From NCBI GenBank assembly GCA_963783385.1, contig CAWANJ010000003.1, positions 128,001 through 192,000 on the forward strand: DNA of 64,000 nucleotides, read 5' to 3'. The position numbers and the translations under genes are program-made. The notes beneath the pieces are model-generated. The model did not search any database, was not told the origin of the DNA, and saw only the letters and a list, made by a program, of their open reading frames with translations. The DNA is from an uncultured Gemmatimonadales bacterium. Lineage in GTDB: Bacteria; Gemmatimonadota; Gemmatimonadetes; Palauibacterales; Palauibacteraceae. Below are positions 39,770 to 48,726 of the stretch, in pieces. Each line of letters begins with the position of its first letter. Within the stretch, counting starts at the first letter, position 1.

Positions 39770-40660
39770 GTGGCCTCTCTCGCTGAAATCGTCCAGGTGC
39801 GCGTGCCGGGCCGGGTCCCGTACCGGCGGGGGCTCGAGCTGCAGCGGGCGCTGGGGCGGGCCCGCATCGAAGGCCGTCTCGAGGAGGACCTGCTTCTCCT
39901 GGTGGAGCACGAGCCCGTGGTCACCCTGGGCCGCGGAACCGAGGCCGGCCACCTCCTCGCCGGCCCCGAGGGGCTGGCGGCCCGCGGGGTCGAGCTGGTC
40001 GAGATCGAGCGCGGGGGCGACGTCACCTATCACGGGCCCGGCCAGATCGTCGGCTATCCCATCCTGGACCTCCGCCGCTACCGGAGGGACCTGCACTGGT
40101 ACCTGCGGTCCGTGGAGGAGGCGCTCATTCGGGCCCTGGCCCGGCTGTCGCTTCCGGCCTTCCGGGTGGCGGGCCACACCGGGGTTTGGGTGGGCGAGGA
40201 AGGGGCGATCCTCGCCGGGGAGCCGGGCTCCGACGGGGTCGATCGAGGTGCCACGGCTCCCGTCGAGGACGCCATCACCCGGGCGATCCTGGCCGGGAGC
40301 GTGCGCAAGATCGCCTCGATCGGGGTCCACGTCAGCCGCTGGGTCACCTGGCACGGCTTCGCGCTCAACGTGACCGACGAGCCGATGGAGAACTTCCGGC
40401 TCATCGTGCCGTGCGGGATCGACGGTGTGCGCATGACCAGCCTGGCCGCCGAGGGCGTCGGCGTGGGCGCCGGCCGGCTGGGGGAGGCGCTGGCCGCCGG
40501 CTTCTCGGCCGCTTTCGGGGTCCGAGTGCGGCGGGAGACCTCCACGCTGGAGACGCTACGCGCGCGAGCCGGGTCGATGGCGTCGGCCGCGGGACGGGAC
40601 GCCGGCGGACGCGATCGGTCCGCCGAGCATCGCCGCGTCGCCAGAGGAGGAGCCCCGTGA
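39770..40660 (+). CDS. lipB: Octanoyltransferase
   Basis: EHEPVVTLGR, RGGDVTYHGPGQ, KIASIG, HGFALNV, IVPCG. Confidence 0.95.
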   Translation: MASLAEIVQVRVPGRVPYRRGLELQRALGRARIEGRLEEDLLLLVEHEPVVTLGRGTEAGHLLAGPEGLAARGVELVEIERGGDVTYHGPGQIVGYPILDLRRYRRDLHWYLRSVEEALIRALARLSLPAFRVAGHTGVWVGEEGAILAGEPGSDGVDRGATAPVEDAITRAILAGSVRKIASIGVHVSRWVTWHGFALNVTDEPMENFRLIVPCGIDGVRMTSLAAEGVGVGAGRLGEALAAGFSAAFGVRVRRETSTLETLRARAGSMASAAGRDAGGRDRSAEHRRVARGGAP

Positions 40661-41322
40661 CCGGACTGTTCGACATCCTGGGTCCCACCATGGTGGGACC
40701 CTCCAGCTCGCACACCGCCGGTGCCTGCCGGTTGGGTTACGTGGTCCAGGCGATCGTGGGCGGCACCCCGGAGCGGGCCCGGATCGGCCTGCACGGCTCC
40801 TTCGCGATGACTGGCGAGGGACACGGGACCAAGAAGGCCATCATCGGGGGCCTGCTAGGCTACCTGCCCGACGACGAGCGCCTGCGGACGAGCCTCGAAG
40901 ACGCCGACACGCACGGGATGGACTACGCTTTCGAGAACATCGACCTGGGCGAGGGGGCGCATCCCAATTCGGCGCGCTTCGACGTGAGGCTGGGCGACGA
41001 GAGGGCGGAGATCCTGGGCGCTTCGATCGGGGGCGGCCAGATCCGCATCTTCGAGATCGACGGATTCGACGTCGACCTCACGGGCTCCCTTCCCACCCTG
41101 GTGGTCAACGCCGACGACGTGCCGGGCACGATCGCGACCCTCACGCGCATGTTGACGGACGGGGGCGTCAACCTGGCGACCATGCGGGTGGACCGTACCG
41201 GGCGGGGGGAGCAGGCGCTCATGACGATCGAGGCGGACGCCGAGATTCCCGAAAAGCTCATCGACGCGATGCGGAGCCAGGACTGGGTCCACTGGATCCG
41301 CTACGTGCGCGGGCTCGTCTAG
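40657..41322 (+). CDS. sdaAB: L-serine dehydratase, Fe-S dependent, beta subunit (ACT domain)
   Basis: MVGPSSSHTAGA, LHGSFA.TG.GHGT, HPN, SIGGG. Confidence 0.93.
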   Translation: MTGLFDILGPTMVGPSSSHTAGACRLGYVVQAIVGGTPERARIGLHGSFAMTGEGHGTKKAIIGGLLGYLPDDERLRTSLEDADTHGMDYAFENIDLGEGAHPNSARFDVRLGDERAEILGASIGGGQIRIFEIDGFDVDLTGSLPTLVVNADDVPGTIATLTRMLTDGGVNLATMRVDRTGRGEQALMTIEADAEIPEKLIDAMRSQDWVHWIRYVRGLV

Positions 41323-41347
41323 GGACGGACGACAGCCGGGAGGAACC

Positions 41348-42277
41348 ATGTTCACGTCGGTAGAGACCTGGTTCGAAGAGGCCGCACGCCAGGACGTCGA
41401 CCTGGCCGAGGCCGTCCTGCTCCGCGAGATGAAGGACACCGGCGCCGACCGCGACAGGATCCGGTCGCGGATCCGCGACGCGCTCGAGGTGATGGAGAAC
41501 GCCGTCGCCGAGGGGCTCGCCTCGGAGGCTCCCAGTCCCAGCGGGCTCACCGGCGGTCGGGCCCGGCGACTGGTGGCGGCCGGGCCGCGGCTCATGGGCG
41601 AGACGGTCACGACGATGTTGTCGCGCGCCATCGCGACGCTGGAGGTGAACGCGCGCATGGGCCTCATCGTGGCGGCGCCGACGGCCGGCGCGGCCGGCGT
41701 CGTGCCGGGCGTGCTGCTCACCATGCGCGAGGAGAGGGGCTGGTCGATGGACCGGCTGGTGGACGGGATGCTGGTGGCCGGCGGGGTCGGCGCGGTCATC
41801 GCGCAGAGGGCCTCGATCTCCGGTGCCGGCGGCGGTTGCCAGGCGGAGACCGGCAGCGCCGCCGCCATGTCGGCCGCGGCGGTGACCTACCTCGAAGGGG
41901 GCGACCCCGAAAAGGTGGGTACGGCGATCTCCTTGACGCTGCAGGGGATGCTGGGCCTCATCTGCGATCCGATCGCCGGACTGGTCGAGATTCCGTGCGC
42001 CTACCGCAACGCCAGCGCGGCGGTGCAGGCGGTGGCCTGCGCCGAGATGGCGCTCGCCGGACTTGACTTTCCGGTCATGCCCGACGAGGTCATCGACGTC
42101 ATGGGCGAGGTGGGCAGGAAGATGGACGTGCGTTATCGTGAGACCGCGCTCGGGGGCCTGGCCGCGACGCCCAGCGGTCAGAGGATCGCCCGACAGGCGG
42201 GCATGCCGGAGCTCGTGCAGCTCCAGCGGAGCGGGAGAGCGAAGGGCGAAGAGTCGGCCCGGTTCGGGCCGTCGTGA
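41348..42277 (+). CDS. sdaAA: L-serine dehydratase, Fe-S dependent, alpha subunit
   Basis: AAPTAGAAG, GGCQAETG, GLICDPIAGLVEIPC, RETALGGLA. Confidence 0.95.
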   Translation: MFTSVETWFEEAARQDVDLAEAVLLREMKDTGADRDRIRSRIRDALEVMENAVAEGLASEAPSPSGLTGGRARRLVAAGPRLMGETVTTMLSRAIATLEVNARMGLIVAAPTAGAAGVVPGVLLTMREERGWSMDRLVDGMLVAGGVGAVIAQRASISGAGGGCQAETGSAAAMSAAAVTYLEGGDPEKVGTAISLTLQGMLGLICDPIAGLVEIPCAYRNASAAVQAVACAEMALAGLDFPVMPDEVIDVMGEVGRKMDVRYRETALGGLAATPSGQRIARQAGMPELVQLQRSGRAKGEESARFGPS

Positions 42278-42305
42278 GTGGAACGATAGAACTGTGGAGA
42301 GCCGG

Positions 42306-42476
42306 ATGACGGCGTTGTGGCTGTTGCTGTTGGCCTCGGTCGTAGTGGGGCTGGTCGTGGGAATCCTGGCCAAGCTGCCCCCCAGGCAGCTGGTGGCCGA
42401 GGTCGTGGTCATGTGCCTCCTGGCCCTGACCTACTACGGGCTCGTGGCCCTGGGCGGGGTGTCGCAGGGAGGCTGA
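42306..42476 (+). CDS. Small two-TM hypothetical protein (56 aa)
   Basis: GGAG RBS, ATG, two hydrophobic helices; fills the intergenic gap. Confidence 0.5.
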   Translation: MTALWLLLLASVVVGLVVGILAKLPPRQLVAEVVVMCLLALTYYGLVALGGVSQGG

Positions 42477-42512
42477 GCCCGGATCGGGCTCGCGCCCGCC
42501 GGAGGACGGGCC

Positions 42513-43001
42513 TCAGTCGCTGCCCCGCCGCCGCTCTCTCCTCCGCTTCGCCAGCTCCAGGCGCGCGCGCCGCCGTTCTTCGGCGTCGTGGTGCCGTTGC
42601 CATTCCTCCGGCGTCTCCAGGCGCAGGAGGGGCACGGGCGCCGGCTCACCCTCGTCGTCGATGGCCACCATGGTGACGTAGCACGAGTTCGTATGGCGCT
42701 CCGCCCCCCCGGCCACCGACTCCGCCACCACCTGCACGCCCACCTCCAGCGAGGTCCGACCCACCGAGTTCACCGACGCCCTCAGCGTGACGATCTCCCC
42801 GATTCGGATCGGGGTCCGGAAGTCGACCTGGTCGACGCTGACCGTCACGCACGGACGGCCCGCATGCCGGGTCGAGCACACGTAGGCGATCTTGTCGACG
42901 GCCGCCAGCACGATCCCGCCGAACACGGACCCGAACAGGTTGGCGTCCTGGGGGCCCATGAGCTGGGTCATCGTGACCCTGGATGCGGACACGCTCTTCA
43001 C
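42513..43001 (-). CDS. Acyl-CoA thioesterase (YciA/BFIT hot-dog family)
   Basis: PQDANLFGSVFGG, VGRTSLEVGV, MVAID; start uncertain. Confidence 0.92.
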   Translation of the reverse strand: MKSVSASRVTMTQLMGPQDANLFGSVFGGIVLAAVDKIAYVCSTRHAGRPCVTVSVDQVDFRTPIRIGEIVTLRASVNSVGRTSLEVGVQVVAESVAGGAERHTNSCYVTMVAIDDEGEPAPVPLLRLETPEEWQRHHDAEERRRARLELAKRRRERRRGSD

Positions 43002-43081
43002 GGCGTCGAGGTTCGAGCGACCCACCACCGCGGGGAGATCCGGAATGCCGCCCACCGGCCCGTCGACGCCCTTCGTCAGGC

Positions 43082-43627
43082 TCACGGCGAGCGGCCCCCT
43101 GTCGAGTCGGACGCCGCGCCAGGCGCCGCCGGCGCGGACGGCGAGCCCGCGGGGGCGGCGGCTCCGGCGTCGGCGCGGCCGGCCGCCGGCCGGGCGCGCT
43201 CGTCCGCGCCATGGGCGATCCGGCCGCCCATGAAGCCGGTGACGCCCGCCAGACAGGCGGTCAGGACCCCGACCATGAGCACGAAGCGGCGCAGGCGGCC
43301 GTCGTCGGGCTGGCGGAGCGAGAACGCCGCGAACACGCCATCGGCGAGGACCGCGAGGAGGGTCCAGGTGGCCCACGTCCGGTGCGTCTCGATGAGTCCC
43401 GGAGTCACGAAAGTGCGCTGCGACACCACGTCGCCGGCCGCGATCCCGCTGTAGTAGGTCGGGAGGACGACGAGCCCGGCCAGGAAGAGGCTCGTGACCC
43501 CGTAGCGCTCCCAGCTCGGCCGGTCCAGGATCCATCCCGCGAGTCCCACGGCCATGCCGACCACGGAGAGCACGATGGGGAAGGGGTTGAGGACGAGGTG
43601 GACGTACTTCCAGGTCAGAGCGGGCAA
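43082..43627 (-). CDS. DUF2231-like membrane protein
   Basis: HLVLNPFPI, SG, IETH, TGFMGGRIAHG pattern; GGAGG before TTG 43627. Confidence 0.7.
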   Translation of the reverse strand: MPALTWKYVHLVLNPFPIVLSVVGMAVGLAGWILDRPSWERYGVTSLFLAGLVVLPTYYSGIAAGDVVSQRTFVTPGLIETHRTWATWTLLAVLADGVFAAFSLRQPDDGRLRRFVLMVGVLTACLAGVTGFMGGRIAHGADERARPAAGRADAGAAAPAGSPSAPAAPGAASDSTGGRSP

Positions 43628-43747
43628 CCTCGGGCGCCTCCATCGAGCGTATGTGCCGAGCGGTCCCGGCAAGATAACCGGCCCGGCGCGCCGGAACACT
43701 GTGGCCGGCGGCGGGTTCATCCTCTCGACGCGGGCTGGGTCCGGGGC

Positions 43748-43775
43748 TTGACAGCCTCGACGGCCCGTTTACAAT
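43748..43775 (+). promoter_or_regulatory. sigma70 promoter of tRNA-Glu
   Basis: TTGACA-N16-TACAAT followed by a GC-rich discriminator. Confidence 0.85.
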
Positions 43776-43794
43776 TAGGGCCCGCACGCGACAG

Positions 43795-43867
43795 GCCCCC
43801 TTCGTCTAGTGGCCCAGGATACCTGGTTCTCAGCCAGGAGACAGGGGTTCGACTCCCCTAGGGGGTA
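43795..43867 (+). tRNA. tRNA-Glu (CTC)
   Basis: GCCCCCT/AGGGGGT acceptor stem; CCTGG-TTCTCAG-CCAGG anticodon arm; AGGGG-TTCGACT-CCCCT T arm; CCA not encoded. Confidence 0.95.
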
Positions 43868-43872
43868 TGACG

Positions 43873-43898
43873 AGAGCCGCCGGAGATCCGGCGGCTCT
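43873..43898 (+). terminator. Hairpin downstream of tRNA-Glu
   Basis: AGAGCCGCCGG/CCGGCGGCTCT stem; weak T-tract. Confidence 0.6.
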
Positions 43899-43982
43899 TC
43901 GGGCATCCGGCCAGGTCGTGCCTCGCCATCGTCGCCCGGCACCGCGGGGCCGGCTCGAGGCTGCCGGCGCTTCGCCGGAGTC

Positions 43983-45659
43983 TCAGTCGAGGCTGGCCAG
44001 GAGCGCCTGGAAGCGTGGGTGTCCGTGCAGCGGCTCCAGATCGCTGTCGGTCTCGATCCAGGCCCGGTCGCCCCACCCCAGCTCCACCGCTCGCTCCAGC
44101 AGGTCGATCGAGCGCTCGCAATCTCCCAGCATGGCGTAGAAGCAGGCCACGTTATAGAGCACGACGGGCTCGTCCTGGTCCTGCTTGAGGGCCCGTTCGG
44201 CCAGCTCTCTCGCCTTCTCCTTCTCGCCGACGCGGGCCAGGTTGGTGGCGCCGAAGTACAGGGCGCGGGTGTCGTGCGGATTGAGCTTGAGGTGCCGCTC
44301 GATGACGTTCAGCACCCCCAGGCGCACCTTCATCTCGTCCTGCCGCCGGCCGAGAGAGTGGTAGGCCTGCGCCAGGAAGATCGGCGACTGGAAATCGTCC
44401 GGGTTGATCTCGGAGGCCTTCCTGTACATGCGGGCCGCTCCCTCGAAATCCCCCCTCGAGGAGGAGGCGAGCCCGTCGTAGTACCAGGCCTCGAACAGGT
44501 TGGGGTCGAGCTCGCGGGCCACCTCGAACTCTCGTCCGGCCTCCTCGTGTCGGTCGCTGATGTACAGCGCCAGGCCCCGCGAGGCGTGCGCCTCCGCCGA
44601 ATCCGGGTCCAGCGCTGCCGCCTGCTCGCTGGCGCGCGCGGCCCTGTCCGCGTTGTCGTGGGTGGCCTCCACGTACCGGTACAGGTGCGAGTAGGCGTCC
44701 GCCATTCCGGCATAGGCGAGCGCGAACTTGGAGTCCAGGGCGATGGCCTGCTCGAACATGCGGATGGCGTGCTCGTAGTCGCGGCGCGCCATCGAGTACA
44801 TGTACTTGCGGCCGCGCAGGTAGTAGTCGTAGGCCTCTGGATCCGAGGTCGCGACGAACTGAAGCGAGCGGCGCTCCTTCGGGGTGAGGGTCACCTGCAG
44901 CGCCCGGACGATGCTCTGGGCGATGTCGTCCTGGATCGCGAACACGTCCTTCATCTCGCGGTCGTAAGTCTCGGACCACAGGTGCGAGTCCGTGGCCGCG
45001 TCGATGAGCTGGGCGGTGATCCGGACGCGGTCGCCGGCCCGGCGGACGCTGCCCTCCAGCACCGTGCCGACCCCGAGCTCGCGGGCGACCGTGGGAATGC
45101 TCACCTGCTTGCCCTTGAAATTGAACGCGGAGGTGCGCGAGGCGACCTTCAGCTGCGGCAGCTTGCTGAGCAGGTTCAGGATCTCCTCGGAGATCCCGTC
45201 GCTGAAGTACTCGTTGTCCGCATCGCCGCTCATGTTGACGAAGGGAAGCACGGCGATCCCACGCCGGTCCTGCTCGTGCGCGTCAGGCCGCGATCCGGTG
45301 GGCCGGTCGTCCGGAGCGGCGGGTGGACGTCCCGGGGTCGCTCGCCCCGCCGCCGCGGCGACTTCGGCGGCCGGCGTCGCTCCGCCCGCCGGCCCGGCGA
45401 CCGCCGTGCGCTCCACGCCCCGCGGGCCCATGTCGAACATCCAGCCCATGATGACGGCGAGCGGGAATCCGAGGACGACCAGCGCTATGACCAGCGTGAC
45501 CGTCCAGTTCGGGAGCTTGAGACCCGGCAGCATGGTCGAGGCGACCTGGATCACGATCCAGCCGGCGAGCGCGTACACGATCGCCACGCGGAACACACGA
45601 CGACGCCGGAGCTCCGCGACCAGTCTCGACATCATGGATCCGGCGGTCGGTTGGGTCAT
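43983..45659 (-). CDS. Membrane-anchored TolB-N-like plus TPR protein
   Basis: ELRRRRVFRVAIVY two-TM N-terminus; IAVLPFVNMS, YFSDGISEE, VLEGSVR, HLWSETYDR; multiple TPRs. Confidence 0.88.
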   Translation of the reverse strand: MTQPTAGSMMSRLVAELRRRRVFRVAIVYALAGWIVIQVASTMLPGLKLPNWTVTLVIALVVLGFPLAVIMGWMFDMGPRGVERTAVAGPAGGATPAAEVAAAAGRATPGRPPAAPDDRPTGSRPDAHEQDRRGIAVLPFVNMSGDADNEYFSDGISEEILNLLSKLPQLKVASRTSAFNFKGKQVSIPTVARELGVGTVLEGSVRRAGDRVRITAQLIDAATDSHLWSETYDREMKDVFAIQDDIAQSIVRALQVTLTPKERRSLQFVATSDPEAYDYYLRGRKYMYSMARRDYEHAIRMFEQAIALDSKFALAYAGMADAYSHLYRYVEATHDNADRAARASEQAAALDPDSAEAHASRGLALYISDRHEEAGREFEVARELDPNLFEAWYYDGLASSSRGDFEGAARMYRKASEINPDDFQSPIFLAQAYHSLGRRQDEMKVRLGVLNVIERHLKLNPHDTRALYFGATNLARVGEKEKARELAERALKQDQDEPVVLYNVACFYAMLGDCERSIDLLERAVELGWGDRAWIETDSDLEPLHGHPRFQALLASLD

Positions 45660-45880
45660 GAGATCTCCCGACGATGTTGCACTCGGCGAGCGCCCTCGGG
45701 GAGCGGGCGCCGCGACCACCACGGTCCAGCCGTGCGCCGGACCGCCGCGCGTTCCGGGGGTGGCCTCGACGCCCGAAGTGCCGGTGGCGGCCGGAACTGG
45801 CAAGCTAGCGACCGGTATCGATCCCGGCCACAACTCCGGCGACCCCGGCCGCCCTGTCCCTTCATAGAGTCAGGCGCCAT

Positions 45881-46117
45881 ATGTCCGCACCGGACCTGGA
45901 TCCGGACGTGGCGTCGCGCGTCGAGGAGACGCCGGAGCTGGAGCTGATGGCGCCGGTGAAGCTGAATATCGTCTGCTTCCGCTACCGCTGCGAGGACGTG
46001 GTCATCCGCGCGGCCCTGTTCAACCACAGGACCTGTCGGGCCGACGTCGACGCACTGGTCGAGCAGGCCGTGGCGACGGGAGCGGAGCTGGACGGAGGGG
46101 CCGCGCCCGACGCGTAA
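45881..46117 (+). pseudogene. Remnant of a PLP-dependent group II decarboxylase C-terminus
   Basis: PELELMAPVKLNIVCFRY joined almost directly to IRAALFNHRT..DVD; no PLP domain. Confidence 0.65.
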
Positions 46118-46210
46118 GGAGCCGTGCTCCGGACAGCGTCGCGGGGGCCGGTGAACCGGGGGCGGAGGCCCTCGACGGGCCCCCGCTCGCCGGAGGATGT
46201 GGATGGGCGA

Positions 46211-46981
46211 CTACGGCCGCGCGAGCACGATGTCCCACATATAGTCCGTGTGCCCGTCGCACACGGTGGCCACCGCGGCGCTGATCTGAGGATACTTCGC
46301 CTGTGTCTCCGCGATGATCGAATCACGCGCTGCGAGGACCGAGGCGAAGCTGGGCCCGTCCATGGCCAGCAGCCGCCGGTACTTGCCCCCCACGAAGTGG
46401 CTGTACCAGCCCCACGAGTGGAGCCTGCCCGCCTTCACCTGCTTGTCGTAGATGGGTGCGTACAGCGTCTTCATCACCTCGTCGGAGAGACCCTCGGTGG
46501 CCTCGTGGCAAACCTGGTAGGTCGAGAAGCCGAAAGCGGGCCGGGCTGCCGCGACGTCCGTGGCGGGCTGGGAGGCGGCCACGTACGTCCAGATGTAGTC
46601 GTCGTGCGAGGGGCAGATGGACAGGAACTCATTGGTTTCCTTGGGATGGCTCGCGGTCAGCTCGGTGGTGATCGAGTCCCGCGCCGCTTCCAGGGCACCC
46701 AGGTCGCTCCCGACGTAGTAGATTCCGCGGCGCCAGGGGCCGCCGATGTGGTGGGCGAGGATGCCCCAGGCCGAGATCTGGCCGGCGGCCACGTGCTTCT
46801 GCACGATCGGCGCGACGACCGTCTGCATGAGCTCGGTGGCGCGCGGCTCGCGGCTCTGGTCGCAGCGGTAGTAGGTGGCGCTGATGTACGACGTCGGCTC
46901 GTCCTGCTGCTGCGCCGCGACCGGCTTGGGCCCGAGGAGGGGCAGGGCGAGCAGGGCGAGCCCGGGAATGAGGTGCTTCAT
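46211..46981 (-). CDS. Secreted protein with two NIPSNAP-like alpha/beta repeats
   Basis: Signal peptide; repeated G.(I/L)..WG...H..GG..RR and C..H.DY.W motifs. Confidence 0.7.
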   Translation of the reverse strand: MKHLIPGLALLALPLLGPKPVAAQQQDEPTSYISATYYRCDQSREPRATELMQTVVAPIVQKHVAAGQISAWGILAHHIGGPWRRGIYYVGSDLGALEAARDSITTELTASHPKETNEFLSICPSHDDYIWTYVAASQPATDVAAARPAFGFSTYQVCHEATEGLSDEVMKTLYAPIYDKQVKAGRLHSWGWYSHFVGGKYRRLLAMDGPSFASVLAARDSIIAETQAKYPQISAAVATVCDGHTDYMWDIVLARP

Positions 46982-47217
46982 CGAGTGACCTCCAGGTGGA
47001 TGGCCCCTCGCGCGCCCGACGACCGGCCGGATCCACGGGGACCGCGGACCCGGGAACGGGCGGCGGCGGGGCGTGGTCCCGGTCCGAGCTTTGGCTGATG
47101 AGCCGACCGCCACAGGCGGCCGCGACGCGGCAAGGATTAGGGCAATCTAAGTCCGCTCGGCGCCCCTGGAAAGCCCGGAAGTTCGGGCGCGCGGGGCGCC
47201 CGGATCCGGAAGACAGG

Positions 47218-48687
47218 TCACGCCTCCACCGCCGTGCTCCGCTTGCAGCGCACGTAGTCGGACACGTGCTCGCCGTAGCGTTCCACGAACGGCTGCAGGT
47301 GGTCCGTGCCCCGCACGATCCCGCGGCACGCGTCCGATCCGCAGGCGCATGCGAAGGCGGGCATGCGCTCGTTGTAGAAGGTGGCGTAGTCGAGCGTGAT
47401 CTCGTCACCCGGGGCCAGGGACCGCCGCGCCACGACGTCCAGCCCCTCCAGCCACGCGCTCGGGTCGCACGAGTGGTTCACCGGCTTCCACTCCTCCGGG
47501 TCCTCGCTCCAGATGACCCAGGTCTCCTCGGTCAACGGCCAGGCGTAGCGGTCGAACCAGGAGCGGCGGAGCTCGTCCCAGGATGCCTCCACCCGGGAGA
47601 GCGACACGAGGTTGTGGGCCCGCTCCTCGAACGCCAGGACGCGGTCGCCCGGCCGCAGCGGCCGCGTGGCGTGAAGTCCGTAACCGCCGTCCGGGTGGGT
47701 GCGGACCTCCCACTTCCGCAGCCGGCGGGCGTGCCGGGCCAGCGCCGCGCGCACGATCTGGCGGGTGAAGCCTTCGTGGCCGGCCGGATCGTGCGTGAGG
47801 CTCAGGTCGGCGCTTCCGGCGTCCTCGGGCCGGTAGTAGAGTCCGCAGTTGGCGTTGATCTCGAGCATGTAGCGGCGCCCGTCCGCGGCCACCCGCACGT
47901 CGCAGCGGCCGTAGCCCGAGCCGTGGAGCCCGCGGAAGAAGGCCGCCCCATCGGCGCGCAGTCCGGCTTCCAGTTCGGGGTCCGAGACCGGCAGGTCCCG
48001 CATCTCGCGGTAGTCGACCCACTTCATGTCGGCGTGCTTGAAGGTCTCCCCGTCCGGGAAGCGGTACTCGATGGGCTTGTAGGTGGTCGGGTCGTGCGGC
48101 GCGTCCGGGTTCTCGGCCACCAGGACCGTGCACTCGATGCCCTCGATGAACTCCTCGATCAGCGCCCCTGCGTAGCTGTCGAGCATGCGGCGGGCCTGCT
48201 CGCGGAGCGCCGAGGGCGTCGCCACCCGGGAGGCGCGGGTGAGCCCGAGGCTGGCGTAGCTGCTCGGGTGCTTGACGATGAGCGGGAAGCGGAGCGTCTC
48301 GGCCGCGCGTTCCACGTCCGCCGTCTCGCGGGCCATGACGTAGTCCGGCGTGTCGATCCCCCAGGCCCGGCAGACCCGCTTCATGGCCTCACGCGAGGGC
48401 TCGTAGAAGTCCGACGCCGCGCCGGTGAACGGGAGGCCGAGCCGCTCGAGGGCCTGTACGACCTGGATGCCTGGCGTGTCTTCGTCCCAGGCTCCGTCGC
48501 ACAGGTTGAAATAGAGGTCGTATCCCCTGCGCGACAGCTGCTCCACCTGGTGGACGGCCGTCGCCTTCTCGAGCACGGCCACGTCCCAGCTCACCTCCGG
48601 CAGGTAGGGGCGCGGGTCGCACGGCCAGTCGTCCTCCGGGAAATCGTACGAGTCAATGTCCTGGTTCGTGAGCAGGCAGACGCGCAT
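47218..48687 (-). CDS. D-Ala-D-Ala-ligase-like ATP-grasp domain fused to SET and post-SET domain
   Basis: FPLIVKH, IEEFIEGIE, GYGRCDVR, LEINANCG; then GYGL, NHSCDP, EITLDY, CACGSDACRG. Confidence 0.88.
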   Translation of the reverse strand: MRVCLLTNQDIDSYDFPEDDWPCDPRPYLPEVSWDVAVLEKATAVHQVEQLSRRGYDLYFNLCDGAWDEDTPGIQVVQALERLGLPFTGAASDFYEPSREAMKRVCRAWGIDTPDYVMARETADVERAAETLRFPLIVKHPSSYASLGLTRASRVATPSALREQARRMLDSYAGALIEEFIEGIECTVLVAENPDAPHDPTTYKPIEYRFPDGETFKHADMKWVDYREMRDLPVSDPELEAGLRADGAAFFRGLHGSGYGRCDVRVAADGRRYMLEINANCGLYYRPEDAGSADLSLTHDPAGHEGFTRQIVRAALARHARRLRKWEVRTHPDGGYGLHATRPLRPGDRVLAFEERAHNLVSLSRVEASWDELRRSWFDRYAWPLTEETWVIWSEDPEEWKPVNHSCDPSAWLEGLDVVARRSLAPGDEITLDYATFYNERMPAFACACGSDACRGIVRGTDHLQPFVERYGEHVSDYVRCKRSTAVEA

Positions 48688-48726
48688 GGTCACCTGCCGG
48701 AAGACCGTTGAAGGACGGGGCCCCTG

